Assembly (NCBI GenBank): GCA_963740315.1
Contig: CAVUDP010000002.1
Location: forward strand, 3,921,413 to 3,985,412
Direction: 5' to 3'
Length of the DNA: 64,000 nt
Origin: an uncultured cyanobacterium
GTDB taxonomy: Bacteria; Cyanobacteriota; Cyanobacteriia; Cyanobacteriales; Nostocaceae
In this document: positions 31,229 through 39,999 of the stretch, piece by piece
How the letters are laid out: each line of letters opens with the position of its first letter
Position numbering within the stretch: position 1 is the first letter of the stretch
The notes under the pieces: model-generated
The model's input: only the letters and a program-made list of their open reading frames with translations
Told to the model about the DNA's origin: nothing
Database searches by the model: none
Program-made: the position numbers and the translations under genes

Positions 31229-31321
31229 GGCAATCGGCAGTCGGCAGTCGGCAGTGGGAAAGAATAATAAGATAATGGTAATTGGTGGTGACAATTATTT
31301 TTTCATGGGGACTGCCTTCTT
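31229..31321. repeat. ~95-bp element, copy 2 of 18677-18775
   Basis: GGCAGTC heptamers...ACAATTATTTTTTCATGGGGACTGCCTTCTT shared with copy 1. Confidence 0.75.
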
Positions 31322-31368
31322 CAAAAATAACAAGACAGCAATCGCCCTTAGCCAGCGAAGAAATGATA

Positions 31369-31677
31369 TTAACTCCAATTAGCAATCTGCTGCTCGACAA
31401 TAAACCGATGCGCTTGGAGATGAAGGTCTGCGGCTTCCACATTACCTGATATATGTAGGAATGCAGCATACAAATTTCTTGCTCCAAACTTCGCCGCAGC
31501 CAAGCGAATAATTTCCCACAAGCATTCGTCATCGCTATTAAAAATTTCTTCACTGTCGCTATCTAAGGCATCGCAAAAGTCTTTACATGCAACTAAACAG
31601 CGTTCGAGTCCGTACTTTTGGGCAATACGCTCACAATCGGGAAGAGTATGAATGAAATTGTCAAAATATTGATCCAT
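31369..31677 (-). CDS. Hypothetical protein
   Basis: 102-aa ORF with plausible composition. Confidence 0.55.
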   Translation of the reverse strand: MDQYFDNFIHTLPDCERIAQKYGLERCLVACKDFCDALDSDSEEIFNSDDECLWEIIRLAAAKFGARNLYAAFLHISGNVEAADLHLQAHRFIVEQQIANWS

Positions 31678-31998
31678 GATTTTCAGTTATGGTTCGTTAG
31701 TTACTCGCTCATGCGATTGTTCGACTAATCCTAACTTCTCAATCATCCGAGTGTGTGAAAGTTAAGAGTGACATTAAACCCTACCCTTGACCTTCCCTCT
31801 ATTGTCAGCCGCTTTTTTCAGCGCCTTGACGGTATTGGGGTAGTATCCCCTGCCGCTATTTTTTTCTTCCATATTTCCATATTAGAAGTATACACATTTA
31901 ATTAGTCATTATTTAGTTATATGTGTATATGACAAAACAATCCGCCTCGCCCGAGTGCAAGTCCCCAGACGGTCTATAACTATATAGGAGTCAGAGTA

Positions 31999-32793
31999 AT
32001 GACAAATTTAACATTTTCTCAAGAGTTAGCAATGGCTCTGTACAATTCCGATGAACAGTTCCCGATTGATTTTGATGAGGCTTGGGTGTGGCTTAGTTAT
32101 AACAAAAAGCAGCAAGCCAAAGAAAAATTGGTTAGAAATTTTGAAAAGGGATTAGATTTTGAGGTTTTCACCCAAATGAGTGTAAACTCTACGCAGCAAG
32201 CCTCTCAGCCTTCGAGCGGTCGTCCCAAAGAAGTAATCAAGATAACAGTAGAATGTCTGAAATCTTTTGGAATGATGGCAGGTACCGAACAAGGGAAAGT
32301 TATTCGCCGCTACTTTTTAGAGTGTGAAAAAATTGTCCGTGCCAAGGTCATTACTGAGATTGCACCTTCAACACCTGCTATTGGAAAAATCAAGGAAGCT
32401 ACTGTTACAGTGCTATCAATTGCTAGCATTCACCCTAATCTGATTGCTGGCGTGGTTGCGAATGAAATTGGTAAGCATCATCCAGAGTTAATAGGAACGA
32501 TGGAGGAAGCAAAGAAACTTTTACCACTACCAGTTGAAGACCGCTTGCTGAGTGTTACCAAACTGAGCGAATTGTATCATAATCGCACTGGTACAAAGCT
32601 GAGCGCTAGAAAAATGAACCAGCGACTCAAGGAATTAGGCTTGCAATATCAGAATCCCAACAAAGAACCAGCGTGGATGCCAACAGAGTTAGGTGAACCT
32701 CACGCTAAAGTTATTTTGCAAGAAGCAGCTGGAAATAATAAAACAATCCAGCAGTTGCGCTGGTTCCCGTCAGTGTTGGAACTGATGAACTAG
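31999..32793 (+). CDS. Phage antirepressor-like DNA-binding protein (AntA-like N-domain, KilAC-like C-domain)
   Basis: FPIDFDEAWVWL...FEKGLDF...GKVIRRYFLECEK; SARKMNQRLKELGLQ...WMPTELG; AGGAG RBS. Confidence 0.75.
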   Translation: MTNLTFSQELAMALYNSDEQFPIDFDEAWVWLSYNKKQQAKEKLVRNFEKGLDFEVFTQMSVNSTQQASQPSSGRPKEVIKITVECLKSFGMMAGTEQGKVIRRYFLECEKIVRAKVITEIAPSTPAIGKIKEATVTVLSIASIHPNLIAGVVANEIGKHHPELIGTMEEAKKLLPLPVEDRLLSVTKLSELYHNRTGTKLSARKMNQRLKELGLQYQNPNKEPAWMPTELGEPHAKVILQEAAGNNKTIQQLRWFPSVLELMN

Positions 32794-32905
32794 TATTCCT
32801 TCATGCTTTTATGAAGGAGGCACAGAACCATGTCTTTGAGATGAGCGGCAGTGGGCTACAACTGTTGCAGCCCTTCGGGATAGTGATGTGTGTTCCAATT
32901 TTGTT

Positions 32906-35900
32906 TTACCCCTGTTGCAAACCTTTCTGCTCCTGTATCGGATTATGCTCAAAACTTTTCTTCTCATCCTCTGTAAAATTGCATACTAAAGTAGGTTTTC
33001 CTCTTTGTGCCTTATATAAAGTCCCGCGATGATTCTCCTTCTCATCAACAATTCGCAGCATTTCTGAAGGTATATGGTGAATAACTCGATATTGACCATC
33101 ACAGAACGTAGCTGTTTGTATTTCCTCACCAGCATTCGCGGGATTTTCTTTTAAACTCGCAAGAGCCTGTTTTAACATTTGTTTTTCCCATTCTTCACGT
33201 TTTACCATTAGAGGAAGCTCTCTAGTAGATTTCTGAGTCGAATTTGAATTATCTTCTATAGGAACTGCTGCGCTTATATCTTTTTCGTCATCTGCTTTAA
33301 CTTCAGTCGGTTGCGTGGTTGAGTGTTTTGTTTGACTTTCAGTTTGGTTAATTAATTCTTGTAATTCATTCAACTCAATTGCGATAAATTTAGTTCTTTG
33401 TCTATTCTGTAACTGGTCATATTCTAGAGGGAAATTTAATGTATCGTTTATTCTAGCTGCTGTCTTGTGTTCTGAAATCTCTGTAGGAACAGTAACACAA
33501 AAATAAAGTTCTTCAATATTTTCCTTGTTAGCGATACCAATCAAGCTTTCAACACCGAATTTTTTATCAATTTCTTCAGATAGTTTCTGAAAAATTTCTG
33601 TATCTATATTCTTTTCTTGCGAAAAATATTCAAAATATTCGTTTTTTATCGGTAATATACCTAAAGATGCTTCCGAGTCATGGATTAATCCTTGATTCTC
33701 TTTCTCGTGATAAATTTCATTGAGAATTGGTTTTAATTCGTCTAATAAACTTTTTTTATTATCAGTAACTAAAGGTTCTTCTTTAATCCAAGTTTGAGGA
33801 TATTGAATTGTTTGGGGGTCAACTTTAATATGAGCAATAGTAGCGGGTGATGATTCTAGTTTACCTTCAAACTTAAACCCTTCGATTTGAATACCTCTTG
33901 AATTTAATTTCTTGCTTAATACTTTAAATGATTCTTTATCAATTACTCCCAAAGGTTTATCATCAACTAAAGCAATGGGTTTAACGGAAGAACCAACATT
34001 AGAAAGTTTAATTTTTACTGTGCCTTGCTCTCCATTCCATTCTCTTGGAACTGCTTCATATTTTTTCAATTGTCCCACTTTTAATTGATTACCTTTAGTA
34101 CTTGTGATAACAACCGATGCGCTAGGTGGAGAGGTGATTTCTGCACTAAACGAAGTACCGATAGGTAACTGTGCTGATTCGCTACGAAATACCCCTAATT
34201 TTTTACCTTCAGCTACTAACCAGCGTTTATTTTGTGTAGGATTGGCTGGGTCTGATGCTTGCTCGATAGTACATTCAACTTTTTCTCCTACCCATTTACG
34301 TCCTAAATGTTCGTTACAGGGTTTATGGGTTCCCACAACAGCGAATTCGGTAAATTGCAGTTGTTCTAATCTTCCAATTATTTCTTCTCCAAATACAGCG
34401 AATGCAGCTGATGTTTTGTTAAATCCATATTTTGCATCATCTTTACTCGTCGTAGAAATCTGCCACATTGCAGATGCAACTGCTTCTTTTTCTGATTCAG
34501 GAATAGTTTCACGAGTTTTAGTTGCGAATTCTTTTACTTGTTTGAAAGCTGCTCTAACTTGACTTGATGTTAATCCAGGTTCAATTTTTTTGGTTAAATT
34601 GTTGAATTCGGTGAATGGTTTAATACGACCTTGGAACTGTTCTAAAGATGTTTCTGAAATATACCCCAGGTGCTTGCGCTGTTGTTGACCGTTAGCTTTA
34701 AATTTTGGTTTTCCGCGTTCGTCGAGTACAGGTGCTATAGCTATCCATTTATTGTCAGCTTTATTGAAGTGATTTTTATTTTCTATTAATGAAATATTAA
34801 GTTTTCGGTTATCAAAGATATTCGGATGTTTTTTCTGAGATAAACCAACAATTTCTATTTGAAGACCTTTAGGATTAGTTGCGACAATTTTTAAACCCGG
34901 AGCTTGTTTAACTTCTTTACTAATTTGAATTGCGCGACGAATTAATGAATCGTATATTTTCTTTATATTAACTGCTTTTTGTTTTTGTGCGGGTGTAAAT
35001 TCAACTCCATTAAAAAAGGTTTGAAACTGTTGGGTTGAACGCGGTACGATTGCACTTTGTGCGAATGCTTCATTAGTCCGAATCGCCATTTTATCAATAG
35101 CCGAGTGACCTTTGACATTCATCGTTTTTTTAGTATAAATTTCATTGTTATTTCTATCTTCGACCCACGGAGCAACATCAAAGGTTTTAATCATAGTATT
35201 ACAGGCATTAACTATTTTTGGATCGGAGCGATTAGCACTTTTACCTCTATCAACTTCTATTTGTAGCTGTCCTCCTAAAATTCCGACAACATCATGATAA
35301 AAATTACCAATTTTTTCTAAAACCTTTTCAATCTTTGATTCGGGAATTCTAGTTAAACTTTTATTATTTTCTGGCAGTTTCTTAAATTTATTTATTTCAG
35401 TTTTATTTTGCGTTTCTGGTTGACATAGCTGTGCTAATTCAACTATTTGCGTTCGGAGATTTTCTGGATATTGAATCAGATGAACATGGTGATTTTCGGC
35501 TTTTAACATTTCTACCGCAGCGCAAGAAATATCTTTAATGAATTTCTTGGCTTCCTTGGGTGGAATTGAGATACACTCGTTTTCAAGAGCAATTCCTTTC
35601 ATACATAAATTGGCAACTATACCAATTTTGTTCTCCATTGCATCTAACGCTATTTGCTCAAAAGAACCCTTGTATGCTTTTTTGTCGGGTTTAACTATTT
35701 CAGAATAACGGTTTTCTTTGAATTGCTTCTGTTTAATCTCTGCTGTTGTGTGAGGGAAGTCAGACGATAAGGCGATCGCCATTCTATCTCCGTCACAATC
35801 GGATAAAGAATGTTTTAATCCTTGGGGTGACATCTTTATGGTTCCAATATCGTGCGGTTCGTTTGGTAAATGACGATTTATGTAAACGTCCACCGTGTTG

Positions 35901-37264
35901 GAATTAGCAGTGGGACCACGATAAACAATCAATTCTGCACCGTCTGAGAATTTGGGATAACAAACTTCATTGTCAGCCAAATCATGACAAGTTTGTGCCA
36001 TTGCTGAGTCAAATTTAATAAATCTTCCCGTAGCGCAATCCATATACTGTTGTTTCAAGTGTTCTTGAAGTTTGTCTATGATTTTGGGATGCTCTAATAA
36101 TTGACAATGTTCTTTTAAATCCGCTTTGAGAATACGATATATCAAGTTTTGTTCGCAATCATTTGACAAAAACATATCATCAATTAAATTTTCAATATCA
36201 CCTAAATCAAAGTTTTCAAAATCAATTAAATCTTCCGATTCAGTCTGGGCTTGTATTTGGTGTTTACACTTAGCATCAATTGAATTGATATAGTCTTGAG
36301 CAATTTTTCTGGGATCATCAGCCATATCCTTGAGTTCTTCCAAACGTTTCTGCAATCGAGGAAGAACATCACCTTCGACCCCATTAGGAAAGGAATTCCA
36401 AAATTGAGCGCCCGTAGAGGTGATACCGTAATAAGCATTGGTTTTATTTCCAATTCCCATTTTCATTAAATACTCCCCAGGTTTAAGAGGAGTGGGGGAG
36501 GGGGTGATGGGGGGAGTGGGGGATTTTAAAGAAATAGAACATTTATCCCCAGAATTACTAGTTTCCCTCTGTCCATTTTTCCCCCTCTCCCCCGTTCTCC
36601 CACTCCCCCACTCCTCCCCTGTTCTCCCCTTCAGCTGTTCTGTAGAAATTACCAAATCATACCCATTCCCCACTTGACTTAAATCCCGTGGTGCAAATGT
36701 ACCTTTTCCTAACTGCCAAGTTTCATTATTATCATTATTTATATCAAGCCCAGCACGTCTTTCTTTGATACCAAAACGGGTTTGAAACGGTGTTGCTTGC
36801 TCGTTACCTAAAGTCTTGTGTAGCACTGCATCTATCTTCCCGTCACCATCACCAACTAATTTGATTGCTTGAGTATTTGGTATTACTCCACCATTCTCAC
36901 CAGTTTGTGCATCCACAACTAAAACTCGTAAGTTTTCCCGCTCCGAGAAGCTTTGGCAGGGTGTGAACATATTTGAGCCGTATGCAGCACCGAAATGGGG
37001 TTGGTCAAAAACCTTTTCTCGCAATTCTTCATCCATAAAGTAGAAACGATTATCAGCTGCAAATTGCAGTGTTAATCCTTCTGTTGTAAATTGTTTGAGG
37101 TCTTCTTCTGTTGTTAACCCCTGATATACTACTCCTAACTTAAATGTAGATAGGGGAGCAAAATATTCTGACAAACAGTGTTCAATTGTTTCTGTGATTG
37201 GTTCGCCGTCAGCGATAATTGGTTTACCCGTTTTTGTGCAGAAGTGGGAGAGGGTAATTGCCAT
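32906..37264 (-). CDS. Putative single-chain two-barrel (RdRP/YonO-like) RNA polymerase
   Basis: Ordered motifs GDGDGKI, FQTRFG, GKG, YRGP, SDCDGD, NKIGIVAN, EVDRGKS match the cellular RdRP order SDGxGxI, FQIR, KG, RNP, DLDGD, LGxIxN, AVDxxKT. Confidence 0.7.
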   Translation of the reverse strand: MAITLSHFCTKTGKPIIADGEPITETIEHCLSEYFAPLSTFKLGVVYQGLTTEEDLKQFTTEGLTLQFAADNRFYFMDEELREKVFDQPHFGAAYGSNMFTPCQSFSERENLRVLVVDAQTGENGGVIPNTQAIKLVGDGDGKIDAVLHKTLGNEQATPFQTRFGIKERRAGLDINNDNNETWQLGKGTFAPRDLSQVGNGYDLVISTEQLKGRTGEEWGSGRTGERGKNGQRETSNSGDKCSISLKSPTPPITPSPTPLKPGEYLMKMGIGNKTNAYYGITSTGAQFWNSFPNGVEGDVLPRLQKRLEELKDMADDPRKIAQDYINSIDAKCKHQIQAQTESEDLIDFENFDLGDIENLIDDMFLSNDCEQNLIYRILKADLKEHCQLLEHPKIIDKLQEHLKQQYMDCATGRFIKFDSAMAQTCHDLADNEVCYPKFSDGAELIVYRGPTANSNTVDVYINRHLPNEPHDIGTIKMSPQGLKHSLSDCDGDRMAIALSSDFPHTTAEIKQKQFKENRYSEIVKPDKKAYKGSFEQIALDAMENKIGIVANLCMKGIALENECISIPPKEAKKFIKDISCAAVEMLKAENHHVHLIQYPENLRTQIVELAQLCQPETQNKTEINKFKKLPENNKSLTRIPESKIEKVLEKIGNFYHDVVGILGGQLQIEVDRGKSANRSDPKIVNACNTMIKTFDVAPWVEDRNNNEIYTKKTMNVKGHSAIDKMAIRTNEAFAQSAIVPRSTQQFQTFFNGVEFTPAQKQKAVNIKKIYDSLIRRAIQISKEVKQAPGLKIVATNPKGLQIEIVGLSQKKHPNIFDNRKLNISLIENKNHFNKADNKWIAIAPVLDERGKPKFKANGQQQRKHLGYISETSLEQFQGRIKPFTEFNNLTKKIEPGLTSSQVRAAFKQVKEFATKTRETIPESEKEAVASAMWQISTTSKDDAKYGFNKTSAAFAVFGEEIIGRLEQLQFTEFAVVGTHKPCNEHLGRKWVGEKVECTIEQASDPANPTQNKRWLVAEGKKLGVFRSESAQLPIGTSFSAEITSPPSASVVITSTKGNQLKVGQLKKYEAVPREWNGEQGTVKIKLSNVGSSVKPIALVDDKPLGVIDKESFKVLSKKLNSRGIQIEGFKFEGKLESSPATIAHIKVDPQTIQYPQTWIKEEPLVTDNKKSLLDELKPILNEIYHEKENQGLIHDSEASLGILPIKNEYFEYFSQEKNIDTEIFQKLSEEIDKKFGVESLIGIANKENIEELYFCVTVPTEISEHKTAARINDTLNFPLEYDQLQNRQRTKFIAIELNELQELINQTESQTKHSTTQPTEVKADDEKDISAAVPIEDNSNSTQKSTRELPLMVKREEWEKQMLKQALASLKENPANAGEEIQTATFCDGQYRVIHHIPSEMLRIVDEKENHRGTLYKAQRGKPTLVCNFTEDEKKSFEHNPIQEQKGLQQG

Positions 37265-37442
37265 GACTAATACGTATTAATTCATTATTTCACCTTTAAA
37301 TCTAGTTTTTATGCATTGATGCATAGTAGTTCTTTAGTGAAGAAGTTTTCTATTACTAAAGTAGTATTTTTGTTCTTGTAAGCTAAAATTTTGTTTATGA
37401 TGGGGATGAACTAACAGGAGCATTCTTCGGGAGAATAAAGTT

Positions 37443-37697
37443 ATGGATGGTACGAAAAAAGTAGTATTACAACCGAATGTTTGGGATACGGATAATTTAG
37501 GAGATTTAGTTGCTGAAGGTGTGTTAGATAGTGATGATGTATCTTTATATGGTGTTGTTCAAGCACAAAATGAAGAATACGAGCGTTTAGAGCGGGAATG
37601 GCAAGAAAAAAATGAAGAATACTTGAACTCAATTGATTGGGAAAATGTTGTAGTTAAGTCTGAAATAATAAAGAAAGAAGAGGAGGAAGTGTTTTAA
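37443..37697 (+). CDS. Small acidic hypothetical protein
   Basis: 84 aa, very D/E-rich, followed by a terminator. Confidence 0.55.
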   Translation: MDGTKKVVLQPNVWDTDNLGDLVAEGVLDSDDVSLYGVVQAQNEEYERLEREWQEKNEEYLNSIDWENVVVKSEIIKKEEEEVF

Positions 37698-37698
37698 G

Positions 37699-37721
37699 AA
37701 AAAACCCCCTTCAGGGGGAAA
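37699..37721. terminator. Hairpin between convergent genes
   Basis: AAAAAA-CCCCC-TTCA-GGGGG-AAA. Confidence 0.55.
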
Positions 37722-37739
37722 TTATATTCAAAACTAAGA

Positions 37740-38003
37740 TTAATTTACGTTAATTGAACGTACTAAAATACTCATTACTTCTCCCGGATTAGAAGTTGCT
37801 AAAAGCGGAGTCCAATCGCGTAAATTTGCATAGCCCAGTTGATGTAAAACCTGAATTGTAGCTATTACCGCTTTACGGGAGCCAGTTAGAGTATGCTTGA
37901 TTTTTTCTGGTTCCGGAGGTTGAGATATTATCAGTTGGGGGTGAGGAATAGCTTTTTGTTGATTTCTCGCATCACTAAGAAAATTTCGATACTTTGATTT
38001 CAT
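37740..38003 (-). CDS. Small hypothetical protein
   Basis: IKHTLTGSRKAV...LHQLGYA...WTPL; resembles small cyanobacterial mobile-element proteins. Confidence 0.65.
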   Translation of the reverse strand: MKSKYRNFLSDARNQQKAIPHPQLIISQPPEPEKIKHTLTGSRKAVIATIQVLHQLGYANLRDWTPLLATSNPGEVMSILVRSINVN

Positions 38004-38027
38004 TAGTTATTCACCACTATTAGAATT

Positions 38028-38297
38028 TCATTGTTTACTCCCCGTGAGGGGTTTTACTAGCTGCAAGTATTCAGTTTCAAGGGAATTAATAGTCCTAAAA
38101 TATAGTCGAAACGAGCCATCTGGGTATTGCTTTAAGTCCGTTTCACAGAAGAGAATGTCTTGTCTTTGGAGCCATTGAACAATGCTTTCATGATAATCAG
38201 CTAAGAACAGTGCAGGAAAGTAAATTCTTCCGGTTTTAACTCCAGTTTTTGGATTAGTAAATATCTGAAATTGAGGTTCACTTAAAACTTCTGCCAT
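38028..38297 (-). CDS. Small hypothetical protein
   Basis: 89-aa ORF, AAGG RBS, co-directional cluster. Confidence 0.65.
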   Translation of the reverse strand: MAEVLSEPQFQIFTNPKTGVKTGRIYFPALFLADYHESIVQWLQRQDILFCETDLKQYPDGSFRLYFRTINSLETEYLQLVKPLTGSKQ

Positions 38298-38332
38298 TAT
38301 TATTACCTTGCAAAAAAACTTTGAATTATTTT

Positions 38333-38372
38333 GAAAGCTTGTGATGGTGAAGATAAGTAATCACAAGCTTTC
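38333..38372. terminator. Intergenic 13-bp stem hairpin
   Basis: GAAAGCTTGTGAT...ATCACAAGCTTTC. Confidence 0.5.
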
Positions 38373-38380
38373 CTAAAGGA

Positions 38381-39112
38381 CTAATTAGATAGTGACTCGG
38401 AATATTTAACGAAATTCGATACTTTCCATTTCAAACCATGCACTCTGTCAGCAATGTTTTGTTTTGAAGAATTGCCATCACAAAGCATACAATTTTCACA
38501 TCTATTCCTATCATCTTCGGTATGACGACAAAGGATTTCATTTTCACTCAAAGATGCATCGGGAGCGATAATTCTAAAAGTTCTCCACCCTTGACTTTGA
38601 GCAATACGTGCTTCTGCCAAACTTTGCACGGAAGCCATTAAATATTGTTTCCAAATTGGCTTACAATTCTTCCAATTGTGAGAGTATCCCGTATGACTTC
38701 CTGATGCTAAAATAATCGGTTTCCATACATTAAATGGTACTGCTGTAGGGTCGCCGTAGGAACCAATTCTAATAGGATAACGATATCGTTTGAGAACTTC
38801 GATTTCATTTTTGCTGAATTTATAATAAGTACCTGATACATATTTTCGGTACATATTATTTGTTGGTGCGAGATTAACATAGCAGCTTCCTGTTTGACTC
38901 AACTTTAAACTACAAGAGCCACAAATACCCTCATCTAAACCTGTTTTTGCTGCGAAAGTTGGAGCGAATTCTTGTTGTAAAATCCAGCTTTGTATCATCC
39001 TTCCAGTCTTAATATTTGTACTAGGAGAAACGAAGCCTGTTAAAATCAGAACTATAGGAGAACCATCAATCAACGATGCCCCTTCCCAAACGACGTAACT
39101 ATTCTTCAACAT
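38381..39112 (-). CDS. Cys-rich phage/plasmid protein, possible Fe-S (radical-SAM-like) fold
   Basis: CGSC-x9-CY, RIGSYGDP, C-x8-CxxCxxC. Confidence 0.65.
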   Translation of the reverse strand: MLKNSYVVWEGASLIDGSPIVLILTGFVSPSTNIKTGRMIQSWILQQEFAPTFAAKTGLDEGICGSCSLKLSQTGSCYVNLAPTNNMYRKYVSGTYYKFSKNEIEVLKRYRYPIRIGSYGDPTAVPFNVWKPIILASGSHTGYSHNWKNCKPIWKQYLMASVQSLAEARIAQSQGWRTFRIIAPDASLSENEILCRHTEDDRNRCENCMLCDGNSSKQNIADRVHGLKWKVSNFVKYSESLSN

Positions 39113-39194
39113 AGTAATAGCGGATAATAATTTTGAATTTTGATAAGTTGAAAAGTGTTTGAAGCGATGATAAATTTGAAATAAATTTCGACAG

Positions 39195-39230
39195 CAAAAA
39201 GGGGAATAAAATCTGCTTTATCCCCCTTTG
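39195..39230. terminator. Hairpin downstream of 39253..39630
   Basis: CAAAAAGGGG...CCCCCTTTG. Confidence 0.5.
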
Positions 39231-39252
39231 ATTTTGGTTTATAGTGCTAGTA

Positions 39253-39630
39253 TTAATTCTCAGCTTTCATTTGAGGATTGACGCTTGCATTTACTCGTGC
39301 AGCATATTCTCGTCTCCGCTGCCAAGATAATTCGTTTAGAACGACTAAATCTTCTTTCGTTTTGCCAAATTTACGATTAGCAAATTCAAGTAGTTGTTCC
39401 AGAGAATAGCGCTTTTCTTCTACTTTTCCAAAATCAGTTGCAAAACGTTCTTTAAATACATCCCAGTTGAAATCTTGGAAGCTATTTTTAGCAAGAAGTC
39501 CGCATAAAGAACGAATGGAATAGTAGACTTTTGAGTATAAGCGTTCTGAGTAATCACTAACTCCATATTCACCTAAAACGGAATCATCGATTGCTTGAAA
39601 GTTTGGTGTAGAGGATTTACGTGTAGCCAT
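39253..39630 (-). CDS. Hypothetical protein
   Basis: 125-aa ORF, AGGAG upstream. Confidence 0.65.
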   Translation of the reverse strand: MATRKSSTPNFQAIDDSVLGEYGVSDYSERLYSKVYYSIRSLCGLLAKNSFQDFNWDVFKERFATDFGKVEEKRYSLEQLLEFANRKFGKTKEDLVVLNELSWQRRREYAARVNASVNPQMKAEN

Positions 39631-39750
39631 AAGACAGATATCTCCTAAATTTTCATTTCTCTATTGGGCGTAAGCCCTCTTTCTGTTGGAGTGTTTCAGT
39701 ACGTTAAGTTTCGGTAATCAGCACCAAGATGAATCGTGATAATCTGCTGT

Positions 39751-39963
39751 TCATACCTTGATTTCACAGTTGTGCTGATAATCAATTTCTAACTGTTGTA
39801 AGTCTGTGTCTAATACTAGATTTTTCAGTTCTTGCATAACTTCTCGAATATGATTTTCATCACTGATACCTGAGTAGTAAATTTTGATAAATTTGTCAGC
39901 TTTACTCATGAATTGTTCGAGGTTTGTGACGAATACCTGTTCTGAACCAATCGCTTGGATCAT
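39751..39963 (-). CDS. Hypothetical protein
   Basis: 70-aa ORF with AGGAG RBS. Confidence 0.55.
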   Translation of the reverse strand: MIQAIGSEQVFVTNLEQFMSKADKFIKIYYSGISDENHIREVMQELKNLVLDTDLQQLEIDYQHNCEIKV

Positions 39964-39999
39964 GATTTTCTCCTGATAGCTAAAAGTGTGTGATGTGCG

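Noticed and set aside
31188..31553. 121-aa minus-strand ORF
   Set aside because: Overlaps 31369..31677 in another frame and runs through the GGCAGTC repeat element (CRLPTADCRL)
34104..34562. 152-aa plus-strand ORF and other short ORFs opposite long genes
   Set aside because: Antisense to well-supported CDSs, with no RBS or motifs
32906..37264. Calling the large ORF RpoC or a viral palm-domain RdRP/reverse transcriptase
   Set aside because: Lacks the NADFDGD context and other beta-prime regions, and has no YxDD/GDD palm motif set; the motif order fits the cellular RdRP/YonO class instead
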